A stretch of 63,688 bases of DNA, filler included, from Pseudomonadota bacterium (GTDB taxonomy: Bacteria; Bdellovibrionota_F; JAHFAK01; JBDREC01), in NCBI GenBank assembly GCA_043820105.1. It is 6 parts of 6 records of this genome, joined end to end, with 100 filler letters (N's around TTAATTAATTAA, not from the genome) between each part and the next. Parts side by side here need not be neighbours in the genome. Positions count along the whole stretch, not along the records: positions 48,232 to 56,801 come from JBDREC010000095.1; positions 56,902 to 63,688 come from JBDREC010000100.1; 4 more parts are not named here. One strand, 5' to 3'. How positions within the stretch are numbered: position 1 is the stretch's first letter; each line of letters starts with the position of its first letter. Under the pieces are notes generated by a model. That model saw only the letters and a program-made list of their open reading frames with translations, searched no databases and was not told where the DNA came from. The position numbers were made by a program, and so were the translations under genes. Shown in pieces: positions 52,500-61,555 of this stretch.

Positions 52500-52742
52500 T
52501 CATCCCCCACCAGACGGCACTGTCAACTTAATCAAATCCCCATCACAAAGAACCCTAGAATGATGAATAATCTTACCATCAACAATAACCTGAATAAACT
52601 TAATTTGAGGTTTTTTAAAATGAAGGGTCTCTAAAAAACTTGCAACACTTGTATCTTCTTTAATCTCAAAAACAGAAATCCTATCATATGGTCCCTGATT
52701 AAGATTTCCTATAAATTCAACTGTTATTTGCAATAAAGCCAC
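52500..52742 (-). CDS. MoaD/ThiS-family ubiquitin-like sulfur carrier
   Basis: About 80 aa with a beta-grasp pattern, ending L.DGD.I.L..PSGGG. Confidence 0.85.
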   Translation of the reverse strand: MALLQITVEFIGNLNQGPYDRISVFEIKEDTSVASFLETLHFKKPQIKFIQVIVDGKIIHHSRVLCDGDLIKLTVPSGGG

Positions 52743-52762
52743 CTATTATTATCTTAACAAAT

Positions 52763-53002
52763 TCATGAACCCGAGATATCACCACCTGAGACACAACCAT
52801 CATGAATACCAGTACCAATTGCACAGTTATCATATGCCCCGGTCCCAGTATTGCACGACCTAGCTCCAGTTCCAGGCAAACAAGTAAGATCGCCAACACT
52901 GGCTCCACTTACACATTCAAAAGAAGCCTCAGCTGATAAGCCGCTAAAGCAGGAGTTATTTAACTTATTACGATTATTTAGTTTGGGTCTATTATATTTC
53001 AC
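52763..53002 (-). CDS. Cys-rich RiPP-like precursor peptide (six CxxG repeats)
   Basis: Leader MKYNRPKL (YxxPxL), then CFSG, CVSG, CLPG, CNTG, CAIG, CVSG. Confidence 0.65.
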   Translation of the reverse strand: MKYNRPKLNNRNKLNNSCFSGLSAEASFECVSGASVGDLTCLPGTGARSCNTGTGAYDNCAIGTGIHDGCVSGGDISGS

Positions 53003-53138
53003 GTTTTCATAATAATTTGTTTTAGTTTATATAAAATGAATAATAAATAATGAAAAAGCAAGAAAGACCTGCGACAATAAAAAAACTACTTATTTTGACT
53101 TTTTAGCCAAACTATATTTTAATATTTCCTTTTAATAA

Positions 53139-54216
53139 AAAAGGCCTGTCATTTTAAGCTCTTTACAACGATCCATTTTAGTCTTAATAATAATTCTGTG
53201 TTCTTTCAAATTTCTCTTTGCAAGTGGTCCATTTACTGAAAAAACCGGAGCAGACAATCCCTTTAATGGAGTTGATATAGGTGATTTTTCAAAATTGCAT
53301 TTTGTAGATATAGATAAAGATGGTGATTATGATTCTTTTATAGGTGAATATCTGGGAAACATAAATTATTATCAAAACACAGGGGATGCTGAAAACCGCA
53401 ATCTTTACTGTAGTCACTGGAGCCAACAATCCCTTCAATGGAGTTGACGTTGGCTTGAATGCAACTATTGCATTCACTGACTTAGATGGTGATGGGGATT
53501 ATGATGCCTTCATTGGCGAGTATGAGGGCGTCCTAAATTATTATGAAAATACAGGTGATAATGCTACTGCCCCTGCATTTACAGAACAAACAGGAGCAAA
53601 TAACCCATTTAATTCTGTAGACATTGGCTACTACAGTGATCCCATTTTTTTGGACATCGACTCAGACGGTGACATTGATACATTTATTGGAGAACTCACT
53701 GGAAATATTAATTATTATAAAAACACTGGCTCTTTATTTATAACATTAAATTATTTTACTGCAAATTCCTCTAAAGAAAATTTATCAATTCTCTTGGAAT
53801 GGCAAACTACGAGTGAAATTAATACAGCGGGATTTAACATCTACAGAACTCTTCTGATAGGTGGAAATTATAAAAAAATAAATAGCGATTTGATAGCAGC
53901 TTCTGGAAATGACCTGCAAGGGTCATACTATTCATTTGATGACACTGGCATTGAACCAGCCTTAGAATATTATTATAAACTAGAAGAAATCACAATTGAT
54001 GGAAGTTCAATATTTTATGGTCCAATCTTTGCTTCTAAATTATCATCAGACCTTAATGTTGAAGCTTCAGCTGGATGCGGCCTGGTGCATGAAACATCTG
54101 CTTATGGTTTTGAAATTATCTTGCTTCTGCTATTATTACTCTTTCGACCTCTCAAAAGAAAAAAGGGATCTATAATTTTTAATTCAAATCCAAAATCAAT
54201 AAAACCATGTTTATAA
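53139..54216 (+). pseudogene. Frameshifted FG-GAP/VCBS-repeat surface protein with a C-terminal sorting signal
   Basis: An upstream frame encodes a signal-like segment and a repeat (FTEKTGADNPFNGVDIG...D.DKDGDYDSFIGE) and shifts near 53395 into the 53386-54216 ORF; the C-terminus is AGC-spacer-hydrophobic-KRKK. Confidence 0.7.
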
Positions 54217-54409
54217 AGTTTTGAAAAACGCCTTGTACCAATATCCACTTACATACTTAAATCAAAAAAATCTTTTCAATGTTTTCTAAAAATGTGCATT
54301 CAGGTTAAACATTGTAAAAATAAAAAGTAACAGTTTTTCATATCCCATTTGTTTAAATAAGTAAATAGCCTAAAAAAAGGATTTAAAAATTTAAATAAAG
54401 GAGAAAACT

Positions 54410-55462
54410 ATGAAAAAAGAACGCTTTAATCTGTTGAAATTTTTACTAATACTTGCTGTAGTATTAGGCATCTTTGTGTTTTCATCATGTCTTCAAGGAA
54501 CAGATTCCGTCAATGATGATTCATCAGTTATACAAGACGAAGGTGTAACAGAAGCCCAGGAAGTTAATGAAGAAAGTGACGCAAATACAGATCTGGAAAA
54601 TGTTCTCAATGAATATGGAATCCCAAGTCTAGACACCTTGGAATTCAACGATCTTCTTGCACAAGAAACTGGAATTTTCAAATCATTTAAGCATGTTGCA
54701 AATCATTTCCAGGCAAGCCTTTCTTATTTGGGAATCACATTTCTAGCTGTTTCATCAATTGCCCTTCACAAAATTGTGCTTGATACAGCATGGCAGGCAC
54801 TATGGTCTGGAAGCGCTGAAGACATAGAAATAACAATTGGAGAAGGTTATTTTATTTTAAGCTATTCAATACACTTTATAAGTGAGGGACAAGATTACAA
54901 TGTTGATATTGAATTCACAGCTGAGGAACTTGATGAAGCTAACAACAAGATATCATTATACTTAAAGTGCCCGGAAGCTAGCGAAGAGGCACTATCTCAA
55001 GGGCAAGAGTTTATATATGTAGTCTATCCAGTTGGAATGCATGATGGTCAGGGAAATGTATTGGAAGCTGGCTCAGGATATTGGATGCTTTATAATTTTG
55101 ACACTGGCCAAGAATACGAAAAAATCACCTATACCTTAACAGAAGATCCATACTCAGAAGAAGACGAGCTTAATTACGTTGAAGAATTGACCTTTGAAAT
55201 GCTTGATACAACAAATGAATATTATCAAAGTAGTATTGAATACAAAAAATTCTATAATCAAACATGCGGCTATGTATATTTTGATAACACCAAAGATTCT
55301 GAAGACATAGACATCATCGGCGATCATCCTCAAGGCAAAGGCAAACTTATCAATAACTTTGATGAAGAGCTTTGTTGGGATGATGGGTTTGCTGATATTG
55401 CTTGTGAGGACTTGACAAGTGAATGTCTGACAATTGCAGAAGAATTAGGGTACATCCAATAA
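54410..55462 (+). CDS. Acidic hypothetical lipoprotein
   Basis: Lipobox FSS|C; AAGGAG RBS. Confidence 0.75.
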   Translation: MKKERFNLLKFLLILAVVLGIFVFSSCLQGTDSVNDDSSVIQDEGVTEAQEVNEESDANTDLENVLNEYGIPSLDTLEFNDLLAQETGIFKSFKHVANHFQASLSYLGITFLAVSSIALHKIVLDTAWQALWSGSAEDIEITIGEGYFILSYSIHFISEGQDYNVDIEFTAEELDEANNKISLYLKCPEASEEALSQGQEFIYVVYPVGMHDGQGNVLEAGSGYWMLYNFDTGQEYEKITYTLTEDPYSEEDELNYVEELTFEMLDTTNEYYQSSIEYKKFYNQTCGYVYFDNTKDSEDIDIIGDHPQGKGKLINNFDEELCWDDGFADIACEDLTSECLTIAEELGYIQ

Positions 55463-55482
55463 AGCAAAATCCTATTTCAACC

Positions 55483-55528
55483 TTGACAACCGTGTATTTT
55501 TGAAGTATCATTTCATATATGCACGGTT
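55483..55528 (+). promoter_or_regulatory. Sigma70 promoter predicting a leaderless mRNA
   Basis: TTGACA-N17-TATCAT-N7-ATG; inverted repeat AACCGTGTAT / ATGCACGGTT spans the promoter and start codon. Confidence 0.65.
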
Positions 55529-56661
55529 ACATAACAAGACACTTGGAAGAAAAAATTAAAAATCATCTACAGGACTATCCAGTTGTTGCTCTCCTGGGTC
55601 CAAGACAGGTAGGCAAATCCACAACAGCAAAAAAAATAATAAAAGATAACATTTATCTTGATCTAGAATTACCTAGTGACCTTAATAAATTAACAGACGC
55701 TGAAGCTTATTTTGAACAAAACAAAAACAAACTTATTTGCCTTGATGAAATTCAGCAAGCACCAAATATTTTTAAAATAATTAGAGCAATGGTTGATAAA
55801 ACAAATAATGCTGGTCAATTTTTGATATTAGGATCAGCTTCTAGAGATCTTATTAAACAAAGCTCTGAAACATTAGCTGGAAGAATTTCATATTTAGAAT
55901 TAACGCCTTTTAGCATATTAGAAATAAAAAAAGAAAACATTAGAAAGCATTGGAGTCGAGGTGGTTTGCCATTAAGTTTTTTAGCAAAATCCAAGGAATT
56001 AAGCTATAATTGGAGGATCAATTATATTAGATCGTTTTTAGAAAGAGACATCCCACAACTTGGATTCAATATACCAGCCAAAACCCTTCAAAGGTTTTGG
56101 ACAATGCTTGCCCATGTACATGCTCAAACATTAAATGCATCAAAACTAGCAGACTCAATGGGAGTAAGCTCACATACAATAAAATCATATATTGATATTC
56201 TAGAACAAACCTTTTTAGTGAGAACCCTTTTACCATATGAAAAAAACATAAAGAAAAGAATCATTAAATCTCCAAAAGTTTATTTAAGAGATAGTGGCTT
56301 ACTGCATGCTCTGCTTGGAATTGAAGATGAAAACGATTTATTTGGAAATCCTATCTATGGCGCTTCATGGGAAGGTTACTGCATAGAAAACATATTAACA
56401 AACTTAAATAAATATAATGCATACTTCTACAGAACATCACACGGAGCTGAAATTGATTTGATACTTGAAAAAGGTGAAAACAAAATCGCTATTGAATTCA
56501 AATCATCAAAATCACCAAAACTATCAAAAGGTTTTTATTCAAGCTCAAAAGAAATACAACCCACTGACTCTTATATTGTTGCTCCAGTGGATTCAAGTTA
56601 TCCGTATGGAAAAGGTATTACAGTTATAGGGCTTAAGGAATTGATACACAAATATCTTTAA
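55519..56661 (+). CDS. AAA_14/DUF4143 ATPase
   Basis: GPRQVGKST, LDEIQ, SETLAGR, KSPKVYLRDSG and EIDL...IAIEFK (C-terminal PD-(D/E)xK-like) motifs. Confidence 0.93.
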   Translation: MHGYITRHLEEKIKNHLQDYPVVALLGPRQVGKSTTAKKIIKDNIYLDLELPSDLNKLTDAEAYFEQNKNKLICLDEIQQAPNIFKIIRAMVDKTNNAGQFLILGSASRDLIKQSSETLAGRISYLELTPFSILEIKKENIRKHWSRGGLPLSFLAKSKELSYNWRINYIRSFLERDIPQLGFNIPAKTLQRFWTMLAHVHAQTLNASKLADSMGVSSHTIKSYIDILEQTFLVRTLLPYEKNIKKRIIKSPKVYLRDSGLLHALLGIEDENDLFGNPIYGASWEGYCIENILTNLNKYNAYFYRTSHGAEIDLILEKGENKIAIEFKSSKSPKLSKGFYSSSKEIQPTDSYIVAPVDSSYPYGKGITVIGLKELIHKYL

Positions 56662-56735
56662 TCCGTAGGAACTTTCTGGGATAATATTCAAGTATAAAGG
56701 TTCAATTGCCACAAAAAATATAAAAACTACAACAT

Positions 56736-56783
56736 AAAGCACATATTGAGGAGGATGTACTCATCATCCTCAATATGTGCTTT
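56736..56783. terminator. Long hairpin downstream of the ATPase gene
   Basis: AAAGCACATATTGAGGAGGATG-TACT-CATCATCCTCAATATGTGCTTT. Confidence 0.55.
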
Positions 56784-56981
56784 GCAAAAGTTATGTTCAT
56801 GNNNNNNNNNNNNNNNNNNNNNNNNNNNNNNNNNNNNNNNNNNNNTTAATTAATTAANNNNNNNNNNNNNNNNNNNNNNNNNNNNNNNNNNNNNNNNNNN
56901 NATGTTCATTAAGATAGTGCATGATTTAATATTTTACCATTAACATCAGAATATTTCTTTCAAAATCCACTTGCTGTTTAT

Positions 56982-58658
56982 TCACTCTATCAGCGCCTCC
57001 GCCATGCTAATCATCGATTTACTATAAATCGGCCAACGGCCATCCGAAAGTTCGGATGTAAAATGAGGGCGGTTTTTTGATGAAAGTCTTTTTGTTTGAA
57101 GACATTGTGACCTTTCTTGTTGTTCTAAAAATAAAAAATTAAAGGGGGCGAAAAAATCAAAAGAAAAAAGCGATTTGTTGGCGATTTTGATGTTTTTAAA
57201 AAGCAGTTGCAGCACTTGCTTCTTGGTCAAATTATCTATCGTTTTCGCTCTTGGATTATACCCTTCAATGAATTCAGCAACACGGTTTTTATAGTTCTTA
57301 GAGTTCTCTCTTTCAATTGCTCTAACTTCTTGCAGAGCAATGCGTTTCTTTAAATCGTCTTCTTCGGTTTTTAGCGTTTCGCTTTTCTCTCTGTAAACTT
57401 CTTCGCTTAATAAATTATCCAAATACGCATCAGTTAATTTCGATTGTTTTTGAAGCACTATTTTAAGCTTTTCCTGTAGTTTTTCCAACTCATTTTTTGA
57501 GATTTGCTCAATAGCCGGGGATTCCAGTTCAGTCACTGTTGTCCATCGGCTCGATTTTAGTTTATTATTTTTGAGCAAAGTCTCTAAAAGTTCAGCTACC
57601 TGAGATTCGATAATATCTGCTTTTACACATTTATTTTTACATTGGATAAAGCTTGTCTGCGGGCCTCCGCATCTATAATATCTCTGCTTAAATCCTGTTC
57701 TATGATTAGAGATTGAAGAAATTCCTAAATATTTATGATTGCACTTTGTGCAATAAAGAACCCCGGAAAGAGGATACTCACTTGCCCTTCTTTTCCAAAC
57801 AATCTTTTTCTCTTTCAACTTTTCCTGAACAATCGCAAAATCTTCATCACTTATCAAGGGTTGATGCCTGCCCTGTGCAACAATAATCTTCTCCTGTGGA
57901 TTTTTAATATATCTAAAACCTCTTTTTGTTTTTTTGGTTTTATCATACCTTGATTTATTCCAAACAAGCTTACCTGTATAAATTCTATTCTTTAAAATAT
58001 CACTGATAAATTTAGTTCCCAGAATATTATCGTTACGAGTCCTATGGCCTTTTTTAGTCAGATATTCCGTAATACTTCTAATACTTCTGCCGGAAATATA
58101 CATTTTATAAATAGTTTTTACTAATTCAGCTTCTTTTTCGTTTACTTCCAAAAGCTTCTTTTCTTTGTTATAGGCATAACCGCAAGGAGCAAATCTTGCG
58201 CCCTGCCAATTACCTGCTTTTATTCCTTTAACCATTCCGGGGAAAACTCGTTCCGCTAATCTATTTCTTTCAAACTCTGCGAAACTGCCTAACTGTTGAA
58301 GCATTAATTTTCCAGCAGAAGTTGTAGAGTCAAAAGGTTCCGTAGCTGATTTAAAACCAACCTCATAAGAATATAACTTATCCATAAGATTAAGCAAATC
58401 CCTTAAGTTTCTGCTGAACCTGTCAATTTTATAAACTAAAACAAGATCAAATCTTTTTTGTCTAGCATCTTCAAGAAGTTTCTTTAAGGCAGGTCGTTCA
58501 AGCGAATAGCCGCTTATTCCATCATCAGAATAAACTTTATAAATTTCATATCCCTCACGCTCAGCAAAAGATTCTAGATATTCTCTTTGTACTTCTAAGG
58601 AATATCCTTCTTTAACTTGGTCTTCAGTTGAAACTCTTATGTAAATTGAAACTCTCAT
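56982..58658 (-). CDS. Large serine recombinase (resolvase + recombinase + Zn ribbon + coiled coil)
   Basis: YIRVSTEDQ catalytic Ser, DDGISG, RPAL, DRFSRN, AEFER, CTKC..YYRC..C. Confidence 0.95.
   Translation of the reverse strand: MRVSIYIRVSTEDQVKEGYSLEVQREYLESFAEREGYEIYKVYSDDGISGYSLERPALKKLLEDARQKRFDLVLVYKIDRFSRNLRDLLNLMDKLYSYEVGFKSATEPFDSTTSAGKLMLQQLGSFAEFERNRLAERVFPGMVKGIKAGNWQGARFAPCGYAYNKEKKLLEVNEKEAELVKTIYKMYISGRSIRSITEYLTKKGHRTRNDNILGTKFISDILKNRIYTGKLVWNKSRYDKTKKTKRGFRYIKNPQEKIIVAQGRHQPLISDEDFAIVQEKLKEKKIVWKRRASEYPLSGVLYCTKCNHKYLGISSISNHRTGFKQRYYRCGGPQTSFIQCKNKCVKADIIESQVAELLETLLKNNKLKSSRWTTVTELESPAIEQISKNELEKLQEKLKIVLQKQSKLTDAYLDNLLSEEVYREKSETLKTEEDDLKKRIALQEVRAIERENSKNYKNRVAEFIEGYNPRAKTIDNLTKKQVLQLLFKNIKIANKSLFSFDFFAPFNFLFLEQQERSQCLQTKRLSSKNRPHFTSELSDGRWPIYSKSMISMAEALIE
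57041..57197 (-). repeat. Left arm of a 157-bp inverted repeat (inside the recombinase 3' end)
   Basis: Reverse complement of 63393-63549 with one mismatch; outer end is CATCCGAA-AG-TTCGGATG. Confidence 0.95.
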
Positions 58659-58670
58659 ATTTTAAATTCA

Positions 58671-59174
58671 TTAATTCTGGCAACTAGTTGTAATCATAGA
58701 AGTAACAATATCGTTTAATAATCTTCCCCTAAAATTCACAAGCACAATATTTCGATGTTTATTAATTTCTGCAATGCATTCTTTAGAAATAAATCCTTCC
58801 TCCTGAGGAGCATAGATTATTAGAGCGGTATCATCTTTTTTTATTAATAGGATCTCACCCAAACAAGAAGATATGGTTTTCCAATGAGCAAGAAATAGAG
58901 AAAAATTTTCTGCTTTTCTTAATTCTCTAGTAGTAATTTGAGTTATATTACTTTCACTAAACAGTTTAGAATCAATCAAAAGACTACTTAAAGAAGAATA
59001 CGCATCATTTTCTGCAAATATAGCAATCTTTCTAGAAGCCAATCCCTTCCCCAATCTAAGTAATGCTGGCGATATTCCTTTAACCCATCGACATATTTCA
59101 ACAATGACAGCAAAAATTACAATGACTGTCGACACGTAACCAAGAAAATTCAAAATTTTCAAAACAGTATCCAT
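58671..59174 (-). CDS. Putative CBASS effector: N-terminal TM helix plus small Rossmann-like domain (possibly NARF-like)
   Basis: Start at MDTVLK behind GGAGG (167 aa); TM helix, then alternating beta/alpha segments (KIAIFA, LFLAHW, ALIIYAP, VLVNFRGRLLND); directly follows the CD-NTase. Confidence 0.6.
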   Translation of the reverse strand: MDTVLKILNFLGYVSTVIVIFAVIVEICRWVKGISPALLRLGKGLASRKIAIFAENDAYSSLSSLLIDSKLFSESNITQITTRELRKAENFSLFLAHWKTISSCLGEILLIKKDDTALIIYAPQEEGFISKECIAEINKHRNIVLVNFRGRLLNDIVTSMITTSCQN

Positions 59175-59196
59175 AATAACCTCCCAGTCAATAAAA

Positions 59197-60072
59197 TTAA
59201 GAAGCGAATTTATTTCCAAATAATTTTCTCCATAATTTAACAGATTCATCTGTATCTTCAGATTTTAAAGCTTCACTAGCGATATCTAAACTATTTTTTA
59301 TTTCACTCATAAAGCTTTTGAATTCATAAAAACTCCACCGTTTTGCGACATTAACAGATGGATATCCCGGATCATTAATGACTGGCACTTTGCCTAATTC
59401 TAAATACGATTTGTAAGTACTATAAATATTATAGAAAATATCTCTTATCGCAACGCCGTACGATTCGGGTTCTGATAAAATACATTGAGACAATAAACTT
59501 TCAATTATGTAAGAATTTGGCTTAGAACTTTCGCTAGACAATCTATCACGCCAAAACTTAATTATTTTAATTAAATGGATATAATATCCTTCTGTATTTT
59601 TATTCCTATCAGTCGAAAACTCAATCTGATTTTTAGGATGCGTAGCTACCCAAGTCTTAGCTTCTCGATCAGGAATCCATAACGGTCCAGAACGATTCGA
59701 GATTGGAGTAGAAGGAACAACATCCAAACTAAATCCGTTTTTATGAATCACATTAACTGATCTTCCCTGAGGTTTTATTTTAGAGTATTGATTCTGGAGG
59801 GAAGCCTGCAACCAAGCTAAAACAACCTCAGGAGCTGTATTATTTCGATCTAAGTCAATTATAAGAATAATATCAACATCCTTAATGTCATTAATCGCTG
59901 TATCTCTAGCATAAGAACCAGACAAAAAAGTCTCTGGATTGGCTTTTGAAATCTCATCATCTTTAGCTAAAAAATCTCTGATTTCTTCATGTGATTTTTT
60001 AGCTAATTTTACATCTTTATAATCCGGCTCGATATTTTTTAGTAATCCTTTAAAATATGTTGTCATTTCCAT
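59197..60072 (-). CDS. cGAS/DncV-like nucleotidyltransferase (CD-NTase, SMODS)
   Basis: LSGSYARDTAI..IKDVDII, QGRSV, LDVVP, LWIPD...W..THP, IIKFWR, SYIIE and WRKLFG.KF motifs; start at MEMTT behind GGAGG (291 aa). Confidence 0.9.
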   Translation of the reverse strand: MEMTTYFKGLLKNIEPDYKDVKLAKKSHEEIRDFLAKDDEISKANPETFLSGSYARDTAINDIKDVDIILIIDLDRNNTAPEVVLAWLQASLQNQYSKIKPQGRSVNVIHKNGFSLDVVPSTPISNRSGPLWIPDREAKTWVATHPKNQIEFSTDRNKNTEGYYIHLIKIIKFWRDRLSSESSKPNSYIIESLLSQCILSEPESYGVAIRDIFYNIYSTYKSYLELGKVPVINDPGYPSVNVAKRWSFYEFKSFMSEIKNSLDIASEALKSEDTDESVKLWRKLFGNKFAS

Positions 60073-60076
60073 TGTT

Positions 60077-61372
60077 TTAATCCTCCTTAATTTGAATATC
60101 TGTCGGCAGCACTGAACTCTCTGGAAATGCATCTTCATTAGGTTCAAGACCGTACTGCTTTCTTAATGCACCTTCAAAGTTGCCACAAGCTGGACATTCT
60201 TCATCTTTACAGAAATCCACCCCATACCAACGTAAAACAGTCATGGCTGTTGCTTCATCACTTAATGGCGGCCATGATGCATATTGTGTATTTGGCTCAG
60301 GTCTATTTATCCAAAAATACCAATTTGCTGAAAGATCTTTATCCAATATATGCAATGTTGAATCTTTATTTTTTATTAACTCCTGCAAAGCTAACTTTGA
60401 AGTCATGGTTCCAATAGGCTCAACATCTATAGATAATCCTGGTTCTACAGGCACATTTCTATCAGAATATGCTATATCACTAGCATTGGTATTAGATGAA
60501 ACCTCTTGATCTGTCTCTACATCAGGCATACCTAATAAAAAACAATGATAACAGGCTGTTTCCGTTGGATACACTCGCAGAATCTGTCCACCATATGCTC
60601 TACGGAAAGCTCCGGGAAAAAACATTGTCTTTTTTTGCTCCAAACCAATTCTATTGATTAAAAGTTTACTTTCTCGATTATCGGTAGCACATATAATTAA
60701 ATCAACACTTTTCGCTATTTCTAACAACTTAGTTCTATTTTGTTCATCTGCTTTTATAGGATAGGTAGATACTTTAACCTTAGGATTCTTTTCTAATAAT
60801 AAATCTCTAGCAACTACTACTTTTTTTCTCCCAATGTGAGACAACCCAGCCTGATGTCGACAAATATTACCAACTTCAAGCCTATCAGGATCTACTAAAT
60901 GAAAATTGCCAACCCCACATTTAACTAAATCAATTGAAATATGAATACCACCAGTCCCTAAGCCAAATATTAAGACCGAAGTATCTTTTAATAAATTTGT
61001 CTCAATAAAGCCTCGCTGTCTAGCGGAAAGTTCATGTCCTATATCAACAATACAGGTTTTTATTTCCTCCTTTTCCTCTGGGCCTTTATTGATATACGAT
61101 ACTACTTTATATTTATCACCAGAAGGAGCTATATAATCGTATTTTTTGGTATCATCAACCTGTATTAATTGCACTACCAGAAAATACTCACTGCTATTTG
61201 TTTCTCCAATCACCACAGCGCCATATACTTCCTTTGGGTTTTGGAATATCCCTAACGAGTTTAATGAATAAGCATCTCCTTCATCCCATTCAGAAAAAAT
61301 ACATGGCAAAACCTTATTATCATTCAGTTTCTTCCAATTAACATTTAAATACTCAGACGGTATTGTGATCAT
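60077..61372 (-). CDS. E1-like ThiF adenylation enzyme with a ~110-aa N-terminal extension
   Basis: GLGTGG, DPDRLEVGNICRH, CATDN, and Zn ligands CYHC and CPAC. Confidence 0.9.
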   Translation of the reverse strand: MITIPSEYLNVNWKKLNDNKVLPCIFSEWDEGDAYSLNSLGIFQNPKEVYGAVVIGETNSSEYFLVVQLIQVDDTKKYDYIAPSGDKYKVVSYINKGPEEKEEIKTCIVDIGHELSARQRGFIETNLLKDTSVLIFGLGTGGIHISIDLVKCGVGNFHLVDPDRLEVGNICRHQAGLSHIGRKKVVVARDLLLEKNPKVKVSTYPIKADEQNRTKLLEIAKSVDLIICATDNRESKLLINRIGLEQKKTMFFPGAFRRAYGGQILRVYPTETACYHCFLLGMPDVETDQEVSSNTNASDIAYSDRNVPVEPGLSIDVEPIGTMTSKLALQELIKNKDSTLHILDKDLSANWYFWINRPEPNTQYASWPPLSDEATAMTVLRWYGVDFCKDEECPACGNFEGALRKQYGLEPNEDAFPESSVLPTDIQIKED

Positions 61373-61548
61373 TGTCCAAACATATCCGCTTCTTCTGCAG
61401 TAATATTCAAGCCTGGTGCAGCAGAATCTGCAGATGAAACTGCTACTATTGTTTTTTTAGTCTTATCATAAACCAACTTATTACGTCCTGGTCGACGTGC
61501 AGCAATTGCTTGCATTGCTTCACGAATTTTTTCTTTTTGAGAATCCAT
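61369..61548 (-). CDS. 59-aa protein missing from the ORF track; candidate ubiquitin/Pup-like modifier
   Basis: MDSQKEKIREAMQAIAARRPGRNKLVYDKTKKTIVAVSSADSAAPGLNITAEEADMFGQ*; GGAGG..AGGA RBS, starts 7 nt after the E2 stop, and its TGA overlaps the E1 ATG (ATGA). Confidence 0.8.
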   Translation of the reverse strand: MDSQKEKIREAMQAIAARRPGRNKLVYDKTKKTIVAVSSADSAAPGLNITAEEADMFGQ

Positions 61549-61555
61549 ATTAATC

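Noticed and set aside
51348-52742. ThiS/ThiF pair as the Ubl and E1 of the CBASS-like system
   Set aside because: They lie on a different contig, have ordinary MoeB/MoaD features, and the defence operon has its own E1.
8565-60509. Many 60-150-aa ORFs antisense to or nested in long genes
   Set aside because: They are shadow frames of well-supported genes with no motifs or RBS.
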